This document shows, piece by piece, positions 40,811 through 50,716 of a DNA stretch of 64,000 bases; the stretch's first letter is position 1, and each line of letters begins with the position of its first letter. Origin of the DNA: an uncultured virus (IMG/VR IMGVR_UViG_3300042363_000729) (taxonomy: Duplodnaviria > Heunggongvirae > Uroviricota > Caudoviricetes). Both the position numbers and the translations under genes were made by a program. The DNA lies in IMG/VR virus record IMGVR_UViG_3300042363_000729, positions 1-64,000 of that record. One strand, given 5' to 3'. Under the pieces are notes generated by a model that made no database searches, was not told the DNA's origin, and saw nothing but the letters and a program-made list of their open reading frames with translations.

Positions 40811-41899
40811 TTATAGACCTGCCAGACGCTTGAGGTCGATCACATTACTGCGTTCTTCCGTAGCTGTACTGTTAACAGTTTTATTACCAGTTGCAACAGA
40901 AACTTGTTCGGTAATCACTTTGGTGGCTTTTACAGATCTGTCTTCTAACACTGCTGGTAGATACTTTTCAAAAGCGTTTTTCAAACGGGTAGTTTGTACG
41001 CTTTCGAGCAAATTACGCATGACATCTGCTTTTTCCTTGTTTAAGGGAGCCAGCAACATTTCCAATGTGCTGTCACGCTCATTGGATTCTTTGATCATAC
41101 GCAGTTCGCGTTCTTTTGACTCAACTACGACTTTCGCCTTTTCGGTGAGTTTAATGGCCTCGGCCAATTGTCCATCTTTAGATTCTAACTGTGCATACAG
41201 CTTACGAACTTCTGCTTTCTCATTGAGGTGAGTAGCACCAAATTCACTTGCGTATGCTTCAAAGATGCGACGACCAAAGTTGTTCTCACGAGCAACCTTG
41301 ATATCTTCTTGTAACTGATTGAGCTCAGCCTTTAAATGACGGCTAACAGCTTGACTCATTTTCTCTGCACTTTCCTTAACGAAACGTGTCTTAAGAGTCT
41401 CAAGTTTTTCACGAGCTTCACGAACCAAGCGGACTTTTGTTTCCACTACGTCACGCTTGTCTGCGGCAAACTCTTGAATTTCACGAGCCAAAGCATGCAC
41501 CATGAAGTTTTCTAGTTTTGCTAGACCTTCAGTGTGCATTTTACGATCCTTACGCAGTTCGCCAATTTCTTCTGCAAGTTTAGTAACCAAGAAGCCGTTA
41601 AACTTCTGTGCTGATTCTTTCATCTTGCTTTGGAACTTGACGCGATCTTCTGCCAGTGCTTGCTTTTCAGCGGCAACGGCGTGAATCTCTGCGGCTAGAC
41701 CTTCTGTAACCATCTTATCTAAGGCTTCAACCATGACTGACTTGTCATGCTCATAGCGTTGTGCAAATTCCTCGCGGAGTTCTACACGGGCCTGTTCACG
41801 AGCTTCATTTAGCTTGGTTTCCCATGCTTCATTAATCTCTTGTCGAGTTTCCTCGGTGATCAGGTTACTATCAAGCAATGGTTTGATTGCATCTAACAT
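40811..41899 (-). CDS. Prohead core scaffold protein (gp22-like)
   Basis: Coiled-coil, Glu/Lys-rich; lies between the protease and capsid genes. Confidence 0.8.
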   Translation of the reverse strand: MLDAIKPLLDSNLITEETRQEINEAWETKLNEAREQARVELREEFAQRYEHDKSVMVEALDKMVTEGLAAEIHAVAAEKQALAEDRVKFQSKMKESAQKFNGFLVTKLAEEIGELRKDRKMHTEGLAKLENFMVHALAREIQEFAADKRDVVETKVRLVREAREKLETLKTRFVKESAEKMSQAVSRHLKAELNQLQEDIKVARENNFGRRIFEAYASEFGATHLNEKAEVRKLYAQLESKDGQLAEAIKLTEKAKVVVESKERELRMIKESNERDSTLEMLLAPLNKEKADVMRNLLESVQTTRLKNAFEKYLPAVLEDRSVKATKVITEQVSVATGNKTVNSTATEERSNVIDLKRLAGL

Positions 41900-41911
41900 G
41901 CCTGGTTCTCC

Positions 41912-42547
41912 TTATATTTTAAGATCCCGAATGAGTTTTACAACTTCATTCTTTAGGTATCTCTGTACCTTGCTGTCCTCGCCAGCTTCCCGAGCAATTT
42001 CAAGCAGTCTGTGACCATATTTCATGTTCATCATGCTTTCGTAAATTGCTTTGGGGTATGCATTAGGTGCACTGGGTTGGGCAACCACATCTATAGTAAC
42101 TATTTCAAAGTCACTAACATGTCCTGTTCTATCGTCAACGTTGCCACTTCCGCGGCTTGAAACTCCCAATTTTACACCAGATGTCAACAGCGTCTTGATC
42201 AACTCACCCATGGGGGTTGGAAGAATCTTTAACTTGCCGCATCCAGTATCGCCATCCATCCACATACCTTCAACACTGTGGCACACACGGTCTAGATTAA
42301 TCTTGAGATCATCAGGATGATCAACTTCACCTAAAACTGAGTTACCTTCTTTAATCTGTTGATTAATAGTGTTAACCGCTTTGCTGATTTCATGTAAGGG
42401 ATATACCCGGTCATTTGCATTGCGCTTGTTGCCTTCAATGCAGATACCTTTGAGATAGAGATTCTTACCTTGCCCATCCGTGCTGGATTCTTCCAGCACC
42501 TGGATATTGGCTTGTGTAAAGGTAAGTTGTTCTCTTAGAGTTTTCAT
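41912..42547 (-). CDS. Prohead protease (T4 gp21-like)
   Basis: NANDRVYP, LGEVDHP, LGVSSRGSG, DVVAQPSAPNAY. Confidence 0.95.
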   Translation of the reverse strand: MKTLREQLTFTQANIQVLEESSTDGQGKNLYLKGICIEGNKRNANDRVYPLHEISKAVNTINQQIKEGNSVLGEVDHPDDLKINLDRVCHSVEGMWMDGDTGCGKLKILPTPMGELIKTLLTSGVKLGVSSRGSGNVDDRTGHVSDFEIVTIDVVAQPSAPNAYPKAIYESMMNMKYGHRLLEIAREAGEDSKVQRYLKNEVVKLIRDLKI

Positions 42548-42554
42548 TGACTAA

Positions 42555-43382
42555 TTAACTCTTTGCCACTGGGCTTCTGTTGTTTTGTCCGCTGGCTTGA
42601 CCAAGTTGTGGCTTGGTAGCTGGCTTTGGACTTTGTGTGCCTTGAGCTGGTGTGTTACCAACTTTGCCAATCAGATCTTTTGTGTTGTTGCTGTAGGCTG
42701 GAGTGTCATGTCTGCCACCCATTTCGCCACCAGCGTGTACTGGCTTGACTGAGTTGCCAATTGGGCCTTTAGCACCTGCGTTAGCGGCTACAGTAGACTT
42801 CTTGTTGACACCGCCTTCTTCAGAAGTCACTGGCTTTGGGGCTGATTTTAGTGTTACAGCTTCCATCATGCCCATTTCTTCAGTGTCGTCCATTTCAATA
42901 GCGTCGCCGCCTTCTTCAGGACCAAAACCGTCGCCGTCGCCCATGTCATCACCACCGCCCATTAGGTCTTCAAATTCGGCCATCAACTGGTCCAATTTGT
43001 CTTCCAAATTCATGATGTCGTCTTTGGATGCTGGCTCTGAACCGCCCATGTCGTCACCGCCCATGTCGTCACCGCCCATGTCGTCTCCGCCCATGTCGTC
43101 GCCACCTTCGTCGTCGCCACCAAAGTCTTCTTCGCCTTCCATGCTCATGTCTTGCTGTTCTTCAGCTTCAACATCATCAATCAGGTTATCGGCAGCATCA
43201 CCGCCCATGTCGCCTTCTTCGATGTCTTCGTCGGCGCCTTCTTCGATTTCCTCAGCTTCTTCTTGCATGAGGTTTTCGTAAATCTCGCGTGACTTTTCTA
43301 CAACAATGTCATGGAAAAGTTCTTTGGCTTTCGCCTCTTCATCATTAATCACGTATTCGATTAATTGTTCAAATCTATTCAT
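42555..43382 (-). CDS. Very acidic prohead core-like protein (gp67/gp68 position)
   Basis: Asp/Glu-rich with GGDDM repeats; located between portal and protease. Confidence 0.55.
   Translation of the reverse strand: MNRFEQLIEYVINDEEAKAKELFHDIVVEKSREIYENLMQEEAEEIEEGADEDIEEGDMGGDAADNLIDDVEAEEQQDMSMEGEEDFGGDDEGGDDMGGDDMGGDDMGGDDMGGSEPASKDDIMNLEDKLDQLMAEFEDLMGGGDDMGDGDGFGPEEGGDAIEMDDTEEMGMMEAVTLKSAPKPVTSEEGGVNKKSTVAANAGAKGPIGNSVKPVHAGGEMGGRHDTPAYSNNTKDLIGKVGNTPAQGTQSPKPATKPQLGQASGQNNRSPVAKS
43042..43102. repeat. 15-bp tandem coding repeat (GGDDM x4)
   Basis: CCGCCCATGTCGTC(A/T/G) units repeated in tandem. Confidence 0.85.
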
Positions 43383-43475
43383 AGAAAACTCCTATAGGTA
43401 AAGTATGTGTTTATTTACCCAGTAGGAGAAAAAGCAGTGGTTTAAGGTGTGAAAAAGGCGAATATTTAGAATTTA

Positions 43476-43694
43476 TTACGCAGGCGGGGCAGGTGCGGGT
43501 GCATACTGCTGACGCACCAATTTTAATTTTTCTTTGTACTCAACAGTACGGACGTCGTTCATTTTGCGCAACTTGTTGAGTTGGCGCAGTGTAAGATGCG
43601 TTTTACGCAAATCGCCTAGTTGTGTTTGGCTGTTGTCGTTGTCAAGATCCTGATAGGCGCCAGGTTCTTTGTGCCAAAACTCGTTGAGTATCAT
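43476..43694 (-). CDS. Small head-module hypothetical protein
   Basis: 72 aa, RKTHLTLRQLNKLRKM; TATAAATA 5 nt before the ATG. Confidence 0.7.
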   Translation of the reverse strand: MILNEFWHKEPGAYQDLDNDNSQTQLGDLRKTHLTLRQLNKLRKMNDVRTVEYKEKLKLVRQQYAPAPAPPA

Positions 43695-43702
43695 ATCAAT
43701 AT

Positions 43703-45475
43703 TTATACAGCTGGCGGTGCCGCGCCAGGTGCGGCTCCAGGTGCTACACCAGCTACTTCAGCTGATCCAGGCATTGCACCAGCTGGCTCCATTTGTGACA
43801 TTTCTTCACCAGTTTCAACGTCTGCCTCTAGGCCGCCGGGGGTTATGCCCACACTGCGCAGATCTTGACCTTGAGTGGTTTGCATGTCAGGCTGGTCTCG
43901 CTCTTCGCGCCACATTTGTTCGTTTTCTTTGATTTCTTCTTCGGTCAATCCCAAGAAGCGTTCCAGCATAAAGCGTTTGCTCATGTACGGCAACGGTTCC
44001 ATTTGCATGAATGCTTGAATTCTTGTGTTGTCTAGCTCGCTTTGACGATAGCTGGCAAAGTTTTGTGGAGCATTGAACTTGATTGAAAACAGGCCAGAGT
44101 CAATGTTGAACCCGCGCCACTTCAAGAACATCTTGAATTCGTCGTCTAGTTTTTGTGCAATCAACGCTTGTAAACGTTCACAATACTGGTTGAATCTGTA
44201 CTCTTGTATCAGTGCTGTGCCTACTTTTCCGTCGCTCATGGCACGGTCTGAGTCGTCAGGACCAGTGGGCAAATAGCTTGAAGGCACACGCAGGCCACGA
44301 GCCATTTTGTTGTTGAAATACTTTAAATCGTCAATTTCGCCTAGGTTCTGGCCACCAGGCAGTGTTTCAACACTGCTTCCGCGACCGTCTTGTCCTTGGG
44401 GAAAGAAATAGTCTTCGTTGATGCTGAGTGGATTGTAGCTGGCATCCATCATGTTGGTACCACCACCTGTTATTGTGGGAATACGTCGCTGATGCATTTC
44501 ATTTTTTACACGTTCCACAAACTGCATGGCCAAGTGTGATGGCATGTTGCCCACGTCAATCTTGAAGATTCGTCGTTCTGGAGCACGTTGTACACGATAG
44601 ATCAGCACAGCATCTTCCAGCAGTTCTTTTTGCTTGAATACTTTGTAAATTTGCTCTAGTACACTGCGTCCAAATGGCCAAAACACGTCCAGGCCTTCGT
44701 TCAAGCTCATGTGTATCACGTGCTTGGCATCCAGGCAAGTTTCGTTCATGGCAGTCATAAAGCGACTGTTGCCCACACCACCACCTGTGCCACCGTTGGG
44801 CATGGTGTAGTTTGCGGCACCTGAAATTGACCCTGTAACCGGATTGGTCATGTAGTCTGTGGTGGTCTTAGCAGCCACAGTCATGTTTTGGAAGTTGGGG
44901 TTGATGTCACGAATCACATACTGCTCAGGACGCTTGCCTTCGCTTTCGTTTACAATCACTCTAGCAACCTTGGTCATGTCTACCCAGTACATTTCAAATG
45001 TTTCTGGATCACGCACAAACACTTGATCACCGTACTTGATGGTGTTGCGGAACAGTTTGAATATGCGCTGATCCAGTTTGTTCAGTTTGACCCACTGCTG
45101 TAACTGTTTCTTGATAATGTCAATCTCGTGATCAGTGGGTTTGTCTTTGTAGTCTACGTCAAATGGCGTACCATTTGACTCATTCATTTGTGTAGAGAAC
45201 TCAGCAATGATGTCTAGGCAAGCATTGATTTCTGAGTCCATGTCCATGTTTTCGTACTGATTATAACGTTCAACACGATTGGGATGGCCTGAGTACACTT
45301 CGGGCAGTCGGCTAGCATAGTTACGAAACACAAAGTCAGCTTGTGTTGCTTGCCCGTCGTTCTTTTCAAACCCTGGCAGGCCATAGCTGTTTCGTCCGTT
45401 GATAGGACTCATCACACCTGAAGTGTCTGCTACTTTAAAATACTTTTTCCAGCCGGGTTTATTTTGATCTGCCAT
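43703..45475 (-). CDS. Portal protein (T4 gp20-like)
   Basis: LLEDAVLIYRVQRAPERRIFKIDVGNMP, EDYFFP...GRGSSVETLPGGQNLGEIDDLKYF. Confidence 0.97.
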   Translation of the reverse strand: MADQNKPGWKKYFKVADTSGVMSPINGRNSYGLPGFEKNDGQATQADFVFRNYASRLPEVYSGHPNRVERYNQYENMDMDSEINACLDIIAEFSTQMNESNGTPFDVDYKDKPTDHEIDIIKKQLQQWVKLNKLDQRIFKLFRNTIKYGDQVFVRDPETFEMYWVDMTKVARVIVNESEGKRPEQYVIRDINPNFQNMTVAAKTTTDYMTNPVTGSISGAANYTMPNGGTGGGVGNSRFMTAMNETCLDAKHVIHMSLNEGLDVFWPFGRSVLEQIYKVFKQKELLEDAVLIYRVQRAPERRIFKIDVGNMPSHLAMQFVERVKNEMHQRRIPTITGGGTNMMDASYNPLSINEDYFFPQGQDGRGSSVETLPGGQNLGEIDDLKYFNNKMARGLRVPSSYLPTGPDDSDRAMSDGKVGTALIQEYRFNQYCERLQALIAQKLDDEFKMFLKWRGFNIDSGLFSIKFNAPQNFASYRQSELDNTRIQAFMQMEPLPYMSKRFMLERFLGLTEEEIKENEQMWREERDQPDMQTTQGQDLRSVGITPGGLEADVETGEEMSQMEPAGAMPGSAEVAGVAPGAAPGAAPPAV

Positions 45476-45494
45476 AGTCTATTATTTACCGTGA

Positions 45495-48344
45495 TTAGCT
45501 TTGCATACGCAACATCTTGTTTGCTACACTAGTTGAATCCTTTTGAGCTTTTACCATTTCCTGCATCATAGCCAGCATTTGTTTGCTGTCTGATGCCATG
45601 TTTTCAAACAACTTTATAAAGTCTCCGCTGTTGTTTTGCATTGGTATCACTGCTTCTTTGCCGTGTAATGTTGCTTGATATCCTTCGTCTGGCCCATCGG
45701 CTATCATACCTTTTTCACCAGACAACTGGAAGTGTACCGGGTCTTTGGGAACTACTTGTCGCAACCCCTGATTATTCAACGCCTTGATGGCCGCAGGATC
45801 ACTGTAGTTTTGAATATCTACTGCTAGTCCTTTTTCGTGTGAACTAGTACCCGGGCGACCAACTGGCATACCAGTTGGGCCAATGCCGGGACGTCCAGCA
45901 TCAATTGTTTCTTGATACAATCGTACTTGATCATCTGGGTCACGTTTGGCGCTGTTAATTTGGAGTTTATTACCAGTTAATGAATTATACTCGCTGGCAG
46001 CCAGCATCACAGCCTTTTCTAATCTGTCATCAAGTGCTTCAAAATTACTTGCTGAACCGCTATGACCTCCAAATCGTAAAAGATCATTTGGATTACCTGA
46101 TCCAGCCGCGCCACCACCTCCCGTTAATCCTGATCCACCACCCATGCCTGGCGCCGCGGGCCTGCCGCCAGATTTTAATCCAGTGCCGCCGCCCATGATA
46201 GCTTGTTGTGCGGCACCGGTGCGCATGTTACCAGACTGGGCAAGCGCGGTGGCAGAACCAGCAGTACTCATATTACCGCCAGCCATCTTGTTCACAATAT
46301 CCATGATCCCGCCAAGACCAGTTTTGCCTGCTGATTGTTGACCAAATGCTTGTCCCACTCCGGGCATGCCTTCGTTGTCAACTTCGTTTACTACATCATT
46401 CATGAATTCAGTAAGTTTGTTAAAGTATCGCTCTTCAACTTTGCTAAACTGTTGCATTTTTGTAGTTTGAGTGTCAATAGACTTTTGCTGTGCCTTGTAG
46501 TCTTTTAAGATTTCGTCTACTGATGATTTGATCTCTTGAGCTGAACGCTGTGTATACTCACTGACATTGCCGGCCATGTCCAAGGGAACAATGTTGCCGC
46601 CTGTGTCGGGCACAAACAGTTCAGGACCTTTTTCGCCTACAATATAAGGAACACTGGAGTCAACCGGCCCGCCCTTTTCTCGTTTTTCAATATTTTTTAA
46701 CTGCTGACGCAACCAGGCCTTGTCTCGTTCACTTACTCCTGGATCGTCCAAGGCAATGTTAGCATTATTAACTTCTTCTGGACTACTAGGGGCGTAGTCA
46801 CGACCAACTGAGCTCATTTGGTTGGCTACAGGCTTGGCTGGCTCTTCTTTGTAAACGCCAGCCAGTCTTGCCAGAGCCTTTGCCGCTTTGAGCGAAGCTT
46901 CAGCTACGTCAATCATGCCTTGTTGTGCTGCCGGAATACCTTCAGCAACAAGTTTATTAATTTCTTGGTTGATTTCAATCTGTCGATCAACTGTGTCAAC
47001 TTGACCTTTCAGCAACTTGTCATTTGACATTTTGCGTTTTTTGTCTTCTTCATCTTTAATGTATTTCTGCTTTTCTTCGTAACTCATGTTACTGAGAATT
47101 GAGGATTTTTCCATTTCAGCTGACGACAACTGTATGCCAGCACCAGCATTCAGTTTGCTCATTGCAATACCAATAGTTTTTTCGTGTCTAGCCACGCCCT
47201 TAGTAATACCAGTGAATGCTTGTGCGGCTGTTCTAGTTCCGTTGGCCATGCCCATGATTTCTTTTTGTGCTATGCCTGCTGTGGTAAAGTTTAATTTCTG
47301 TGCATCAGCACTGCGCAAGTTTCCAGTGACCATGGCTTTAAAACCTTCTTCCATGCCTGGACCAATTGCCGCAGCCATGATCAGACCTTCTTTCAATTGG
47401 GCGGCAGCAGCCAAACTTTCAGCATCACCTTTGAGTTCTAGTTCACGTATCTTGGCGTTGAACATTTCACTACTCTTGGCACGATCCAGCACGTCCTGCT
47501 GTTGCTTGGCGTTCATACCTGTGAGTTCAGCCAGTCTGTTCTGTTGGAAAATATATTCTGTAGCACTGGCTGCCAACTCCTTGTTGGTCATGTTTTGCGC
47601 ACGACCAGTACGTGACATTTCTTTTAGGTATCTTGCTTGGCCTTCAACAATATCCACTGTGCTCATGCCCATGGCCAAGAATTCTTTGCGACTGCCTTTC
47701 ATGGCCTCGCCCATGTCACCCAATCGTTGAACACCCTGAGCGGCGCTGCCGCCTAACAATGCCAGTTCTTGGCTGTTGCCAGCCACAATGCCTGTCAAGT
47801 CACTCAGCTCGTCCATGGTCAAACTCAACTGATTGCTGAGTTTGAGCACGCCAGTCATGCCAGTAGAAGCTGCCGCTCCAGATTTGGCTAGATCACTGTA
47901 GCTTTTGTACAACTTGTCGGACATGGTAGCCGACATTTTCTGAAACTCTGCACGAGCCTGAATCACACCCACAGTGAGCGCAGTAAAGCCTGCCACTAGA
48001 CCTTTGATTAACGGTCCACCCGGAATCAACATTGTCAACGCAATTGCCGCAAGACTTGCGGCTTGAGTCATGTGATCTAGGCCTTCGTTAAACGCCGCGG
48101 CACCTTTTTTGCCATCGGCCATGGCCTTGAAAGTAGACACTGCCCCTTTGGCCAATTCCCCCAGACCTTGTGCAGCCGTAGCAGTACTCTTGCTGAAATT
48201 GTCAATGCCATACTTGGACTTCATTTCGGCATCTTTTACCTTCTCAGCTGTGGCCTGCGTGATTTCGCCAAAAGCGGCCAGTTCTTTATTAACTTGTTGT
48301 AGTAACGCCGCTGTTTGTGCGGCTTCTTGATTTACGTCTGCCAT
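45495..48344 (-). CDS. Tape-measure-like protein with C-terminal M15 (D-Ala-D-Ala peptidase-like) domain
   Basis: Long helical Ala-rich region, VGEKGPELF motif, then INSAKR...Q...SSHEKGLAVDI...DPVHFQL zinc-peptidase motifs. Confidence 0.7.
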   Translation of the reverse strand: MADVNQEAAQTAALLQQVNKELAAFGEITQATAEKVKDAEMKSKYGIDNFSKSTATAAQGLGELAKGAVSTFKAMADGKKGAAAFNEGLDHMTQAASLAAIALTMLIPGGPLIKGLVAGFTALTVGVIQARAEFQKMSATMSDKLYKSYSDLAKSGAAASTGMTGVLKLSNQLSLTMDELSDLTGIVAGNSQELALLGGSAAQGVQRLGDMGEAMKGSRKEFLAMGMSTVDIVEGQARYLKEMSRTGRAQNMTNKELAASATEYIFQQNRLAELTGMNAKQQQDVLDRAKSSEMFNAKIRELELKGDAESLAAAAQLKEGLIMAAAIGPGMEEGFKAMVTGNLRSADAQKLNFTTAGIAQKEIMGMANGTRTAAQAFTGITKGVARHEKTIGIAMSKLNAGAGIQLSSAEMEKSSILSNMSYEEKQKYIKDEEDKKRKMSNDKLLKGQVDTVDRQIEINQEINKLVAEGIPAAQQGMIDVAEASLKAAKALARLAGVYKEEPAKPVANQMSSVGRDYAPSSPEEVNNANIALDDPGVSERDKAWLRQQLKNIEKREKGGPVDSSVPYIVGEKGPELFVPDTGGNIVPLDMAGNVSEYTQRSAQEIKSSVDEILKDYKAQQKSIDTQTTKMQQFSKVEERYFNKLTEFMNDVVNEVDNEGMPGVGQAFGQQSAGKTGLGGIMDIVNKMAGGNMSTAGSATALAQSGNMRTGAAQQAIMGGGTGLKSGGRPAAPGMGGGSGLTGGGGAAGSGNPNDLLRFGGHSGSASNFEALDDRLEKAVMLAASEYNSLTGNKLQINSAKRDPDDQVRLYQETIDAGRPGIGPTGMPVGRPGTSSHEKGLAVDIQNYSDPAAIKALNNQGLRQVVPKDPVHFQLSGEKGMIADGPDEGYQATLHGKEAVIPMQNNSGDFIKLFENMASDSKQMLAMMQEMVKAQKDSTSVANKMLRMQS

Positions 48345-48386
48345 GGTTTGGTGCCTATAAGTAGTTTTATATTTATAGGTGAAACT

Positions 48387-49232
48387 ATGTCACAAACTGC
48401 GAACCCGCTAAAACAATATTTTAGACAACCTGCAATCTATGTTAGATTGCCCAGCAACGGAGAATTCTGGGACGATGGCTCTCTCAACTTGCCAGTCAAC
48501 AAGGAATTGCCAGTGTTGCCCATGACTGCCATTGACGAAATTACATATCGTACCCCAGACTCCTTGTTTAACGGATCTGCGGTAACTCGCGTGATTCAAA
48601 GCTGTGTACCTGATGTCAAGGATGCTTGGGTAGCCCCTGGCAGCGACATTCCCACTTTGTTGGTGTCTATTCGTATTGCTAGTTATGGACATGACATGGA
48701 GATGGCCAGTACCTGCCCTGAGTGCAACACCAGCGGAGAGTACACAATTGATTTGCGAGCAGTACTAGAAGGAATTACCCTGGGCGACTACAAAACACCG
48801 TTGCAACACGGTGACTTGGAAATTTCTTTTCAGCCCATGAACTATCGTCAACAAAACGATGTGAACCAACAACAGTTTGATCAACAACGCACCATTGTCA
48901 ATGTACAGAACGATCCTGATCTTGACGACAATGAAAAAATTGCACAACTAAACCAGGCACTTGAAAACATCACCAAACTCACCGTGGGCGCACTAAAATA
49001 CAGTGTGGCCAGCATCAAGACTCCCAGTGCCTTGGTTACCGAAACTGCTCACATTGAAGAATTTTTGCACAACTGTGATCGCAAACTGTTTACTCAAGTT
49101 AGAGAAAAAATTGTAGACTTGAGAGAAAAAGGCGAGTTTAGACCCATTCATGTCACTTGTGGCAACTGCAATCATGAATACGATCAGATGTTGAATCTAG
49201 ACCAAACAAGTTTTTTCGCGCCCGCCTCTTAA
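48387..49232 (+). CDS. Baseplate hub assembly protein (gp26-like) / tail assembly chaperone-like
   Basis: Start trimmed to MSQTANPL; YVRLPS, PMTAIDE, IRIASYG, CPEC and CGNC zinc pairs; ends TSFFAPAS. Confidence 0.7.
   Translation: MSQTANPLKQYFRQPAIYVRLPSNGEFWDDGSLNLPVNKELPVLPMTAIDEITYRTPDSLFNGSAVTRVIQSCVPDVKDAWVAPGSDIPTLLVSIRIASYGHDMEMASTCPECNTSGEYTIDLRAVLEGITLGDYKTPLQHGDLEISFQPMNYRQQNDVNQQQFDQQRTIVNVQNDPDLDDNEKIAQLNQALENITKLTVGALKYSVASIKTPSALVTETAHIEEFLHNCDRKLFTQVREKIVDLREKGEFRPIHVTCGNCNHEYDQMLNLDQTSFFAPAS
49211..49217 (+). other. Candidate -1 ribosomal frameshift heptamer T TTT TTC
   Basis: In-register XXXYYYZ site; the -1 frame is open from 49211 into ORF 49259-49447. Confidence 0.55.
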
Positions 49233-49258
49233 ATTCTAAGCCTGAAGAAATATCTTCA

Positions 49259-49447
49259 ATGGTAGATGCCATGGAGAAAGAGGCCAATAACATCAAGGCA
49301 CAGTGTCTCAAGATGTCATGGTATCTCCGTGGTGGTGGCACATACGAAGACGTGCTGAACATGAGTTACAAAGAACGTACACTTATCAATGAACTCATTA
49401 AAGAAAACATGGAAACCACTCAGAAAAGCAAAATGCCACACTTCTAA
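49259..49447 (+). CDS. gp51-like baseplate hub assembly chaperone (possibly the C-terminus of a frameshift fusion)
   Basis: WYLRGGGTYEDVLNMSYKERTLINELIKE resembles the gp51/tail chaperone pattern; directly follows the gp26-like gene. Confidence 0.6.
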   Translation: MVDAMEKEANNIKAQCLKMSWYLRGGGTYEDVLNMSYKERTLINELIKENMETTQKSKMPHF

Positions 49448-49947
49448 TGGAACTAGAAACTGTACGCCAAGACATAGAAAACTGGATAGCGAACTTTTTA
49501 GAAGTTCCACATCCGGCCTTGGGCGGCTTTTCTCCGTGCCCATATGCAAGATCAGCACGACTAAAAAAAAGCTACGCAGTATATCTTGGTGCTGACCCCT
49601 ACTACGATTTGAAAAATCGTGGGCGCCAAGGCATGGGCAACTGGGAAGTTGTTATCTATGTTTATGATCCCAAAGAGTGGAATCATGACATGTTGTCTGG
49701 CAGCATTGAACTGGCCAACAAGGAAGTGTTGTTGCCCAGAGACATGATTGCCTTGGAAGATCATCCTGATGACGCAGAAATAGTCAATGGTGTGTGCATG
49801 AACCAAGGAACTTACGCATTGGCATTGGTGCAGAGTCTAAGTGATCTAAACACCAAGGCCCGGCTAATGGCCAGCAAAGGATTTTATCATAACTGGCCAG
49901 AAGAATACTTGCAAGGCTTGTTTCGTCACAGACAGGATCCCAGATGA
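49447..49947 (+). CDS. Hypothetical protein, DUF1415-like
   Basis: WIANFLE...PCPYARSA and LEDHPD motifs. Confidence 0.5.
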   Translation: MELETVRQDIENWIANFLEVPHPALGGFSPCPYARSARLKKSYAVYLGADPYYDLKNRGRQGMGNWEVVIYVYDPKEWNHDMLSGSIELANKEVLLPRDMIALEDHPDDAEIVNGVCMNQGTYALALVQSLSDLNTKARLMASKGFYHNWPEEYLQGLFRHRQDPR

Positions 49948-50378
49948 CATATCAGTTTGCTAGAATCAATCTTGGTCAGACTGATTACACACCCAGTGTA
50001 AAATGGCAGTACCTGCGTGACCCAGACATCCCTAAGTTAAATCAGATCTACAGAGACTACTGCAAGTACAAACACTTTGCGTCAGTGATGCCCATCTTTG
50101 ACAGTCGTTATACTGACTCAATGACTGATGTAATTGGATACTATGACAACGAAAAGTTAGTGGCATTCAGTTTGATCCGACGCTACGACAATCACAATGC
50201 ACTATGCGACCAGTTTGCATGGAACTATCACAATCCTAGACTACGTCTGGGAATAGAAACACTACAAACAGAGTGTGCTATCTACAAGGCTCGTGGATTC
50301 CAATACTTGTATCTTGAGCAAGCACACTTGTACAAACAAAGCATGGCAGGCTTTGAACTACTAGGACCACTGGAGTAA
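49944..50378 (+). CDS. Aminoacyl-tRNA-protein transferase C-terminal-like (ATE/Bpt) GNAT-fold protein
   Basis: GYYDNEKLVAFS...WNYHNPRLRLG...GFQYLYL...YK resembles the ATE_C pattern. Confidence 0.55.
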   Translation: MTYQFARINLGQTDYTPSVKWQYLRDPDIPKLNQIYRDYCKYKHFASVMPIFDSRYTDSMTDVIGYYDNEKLVAFSLIRRYDNHNALCDQFAWNYHNPRLRLGIETLQTECAIYKARGFQYLYLEQAHLYKQSMAGFELLGPLE

Positions 50379-50380
50379 CT

Positions 50381-50716
50381 ATGGACATTTATACAATTTG
50401 GGCAGACAAAGAAGGCGACATCACAGACCTTGAATGGGTTACAGGAATGAAAAATTTCTTTGATCACTTGATCTCTGAAGGCAAGATGGAGAGTTACAGA
50501 ATCACTCGTTGCAAGATGGGGTTTCGTAGCATTGCTGACATGCCAGAATGGATGATACTCATGGAGTTCCAGGACATGGGTCAAATGGACTCGGCTTTCA
50601 AACGAGTTGCACCACTTGAAGGCGAACTTGAAGTCAAGCACAAGAGCTTTAATCAATTTGTTTCAGGCAACATTCAGCATGCGCTGTTTAGAGACTGGCC
50701 AGATCAAAACTTATGA
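50381..50716 (+). CDS. DUF6614-like dimeric alpha/beta barrel protein
   Basis: MDIYTIWAD...YRITRCKMG...EWMILMEFQDMGQMDSAF. Confidence 0.5.
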   Translation: MDIYTIWADKEGDITDLEWVTGMKNFFDHLISEGKMESYRITRCKMGFRSIADMPEWMILMEFQDMGQMDSAFKRVAPLEGELEVKHKSFNQFVSGNIQHALFRDWPDQNL

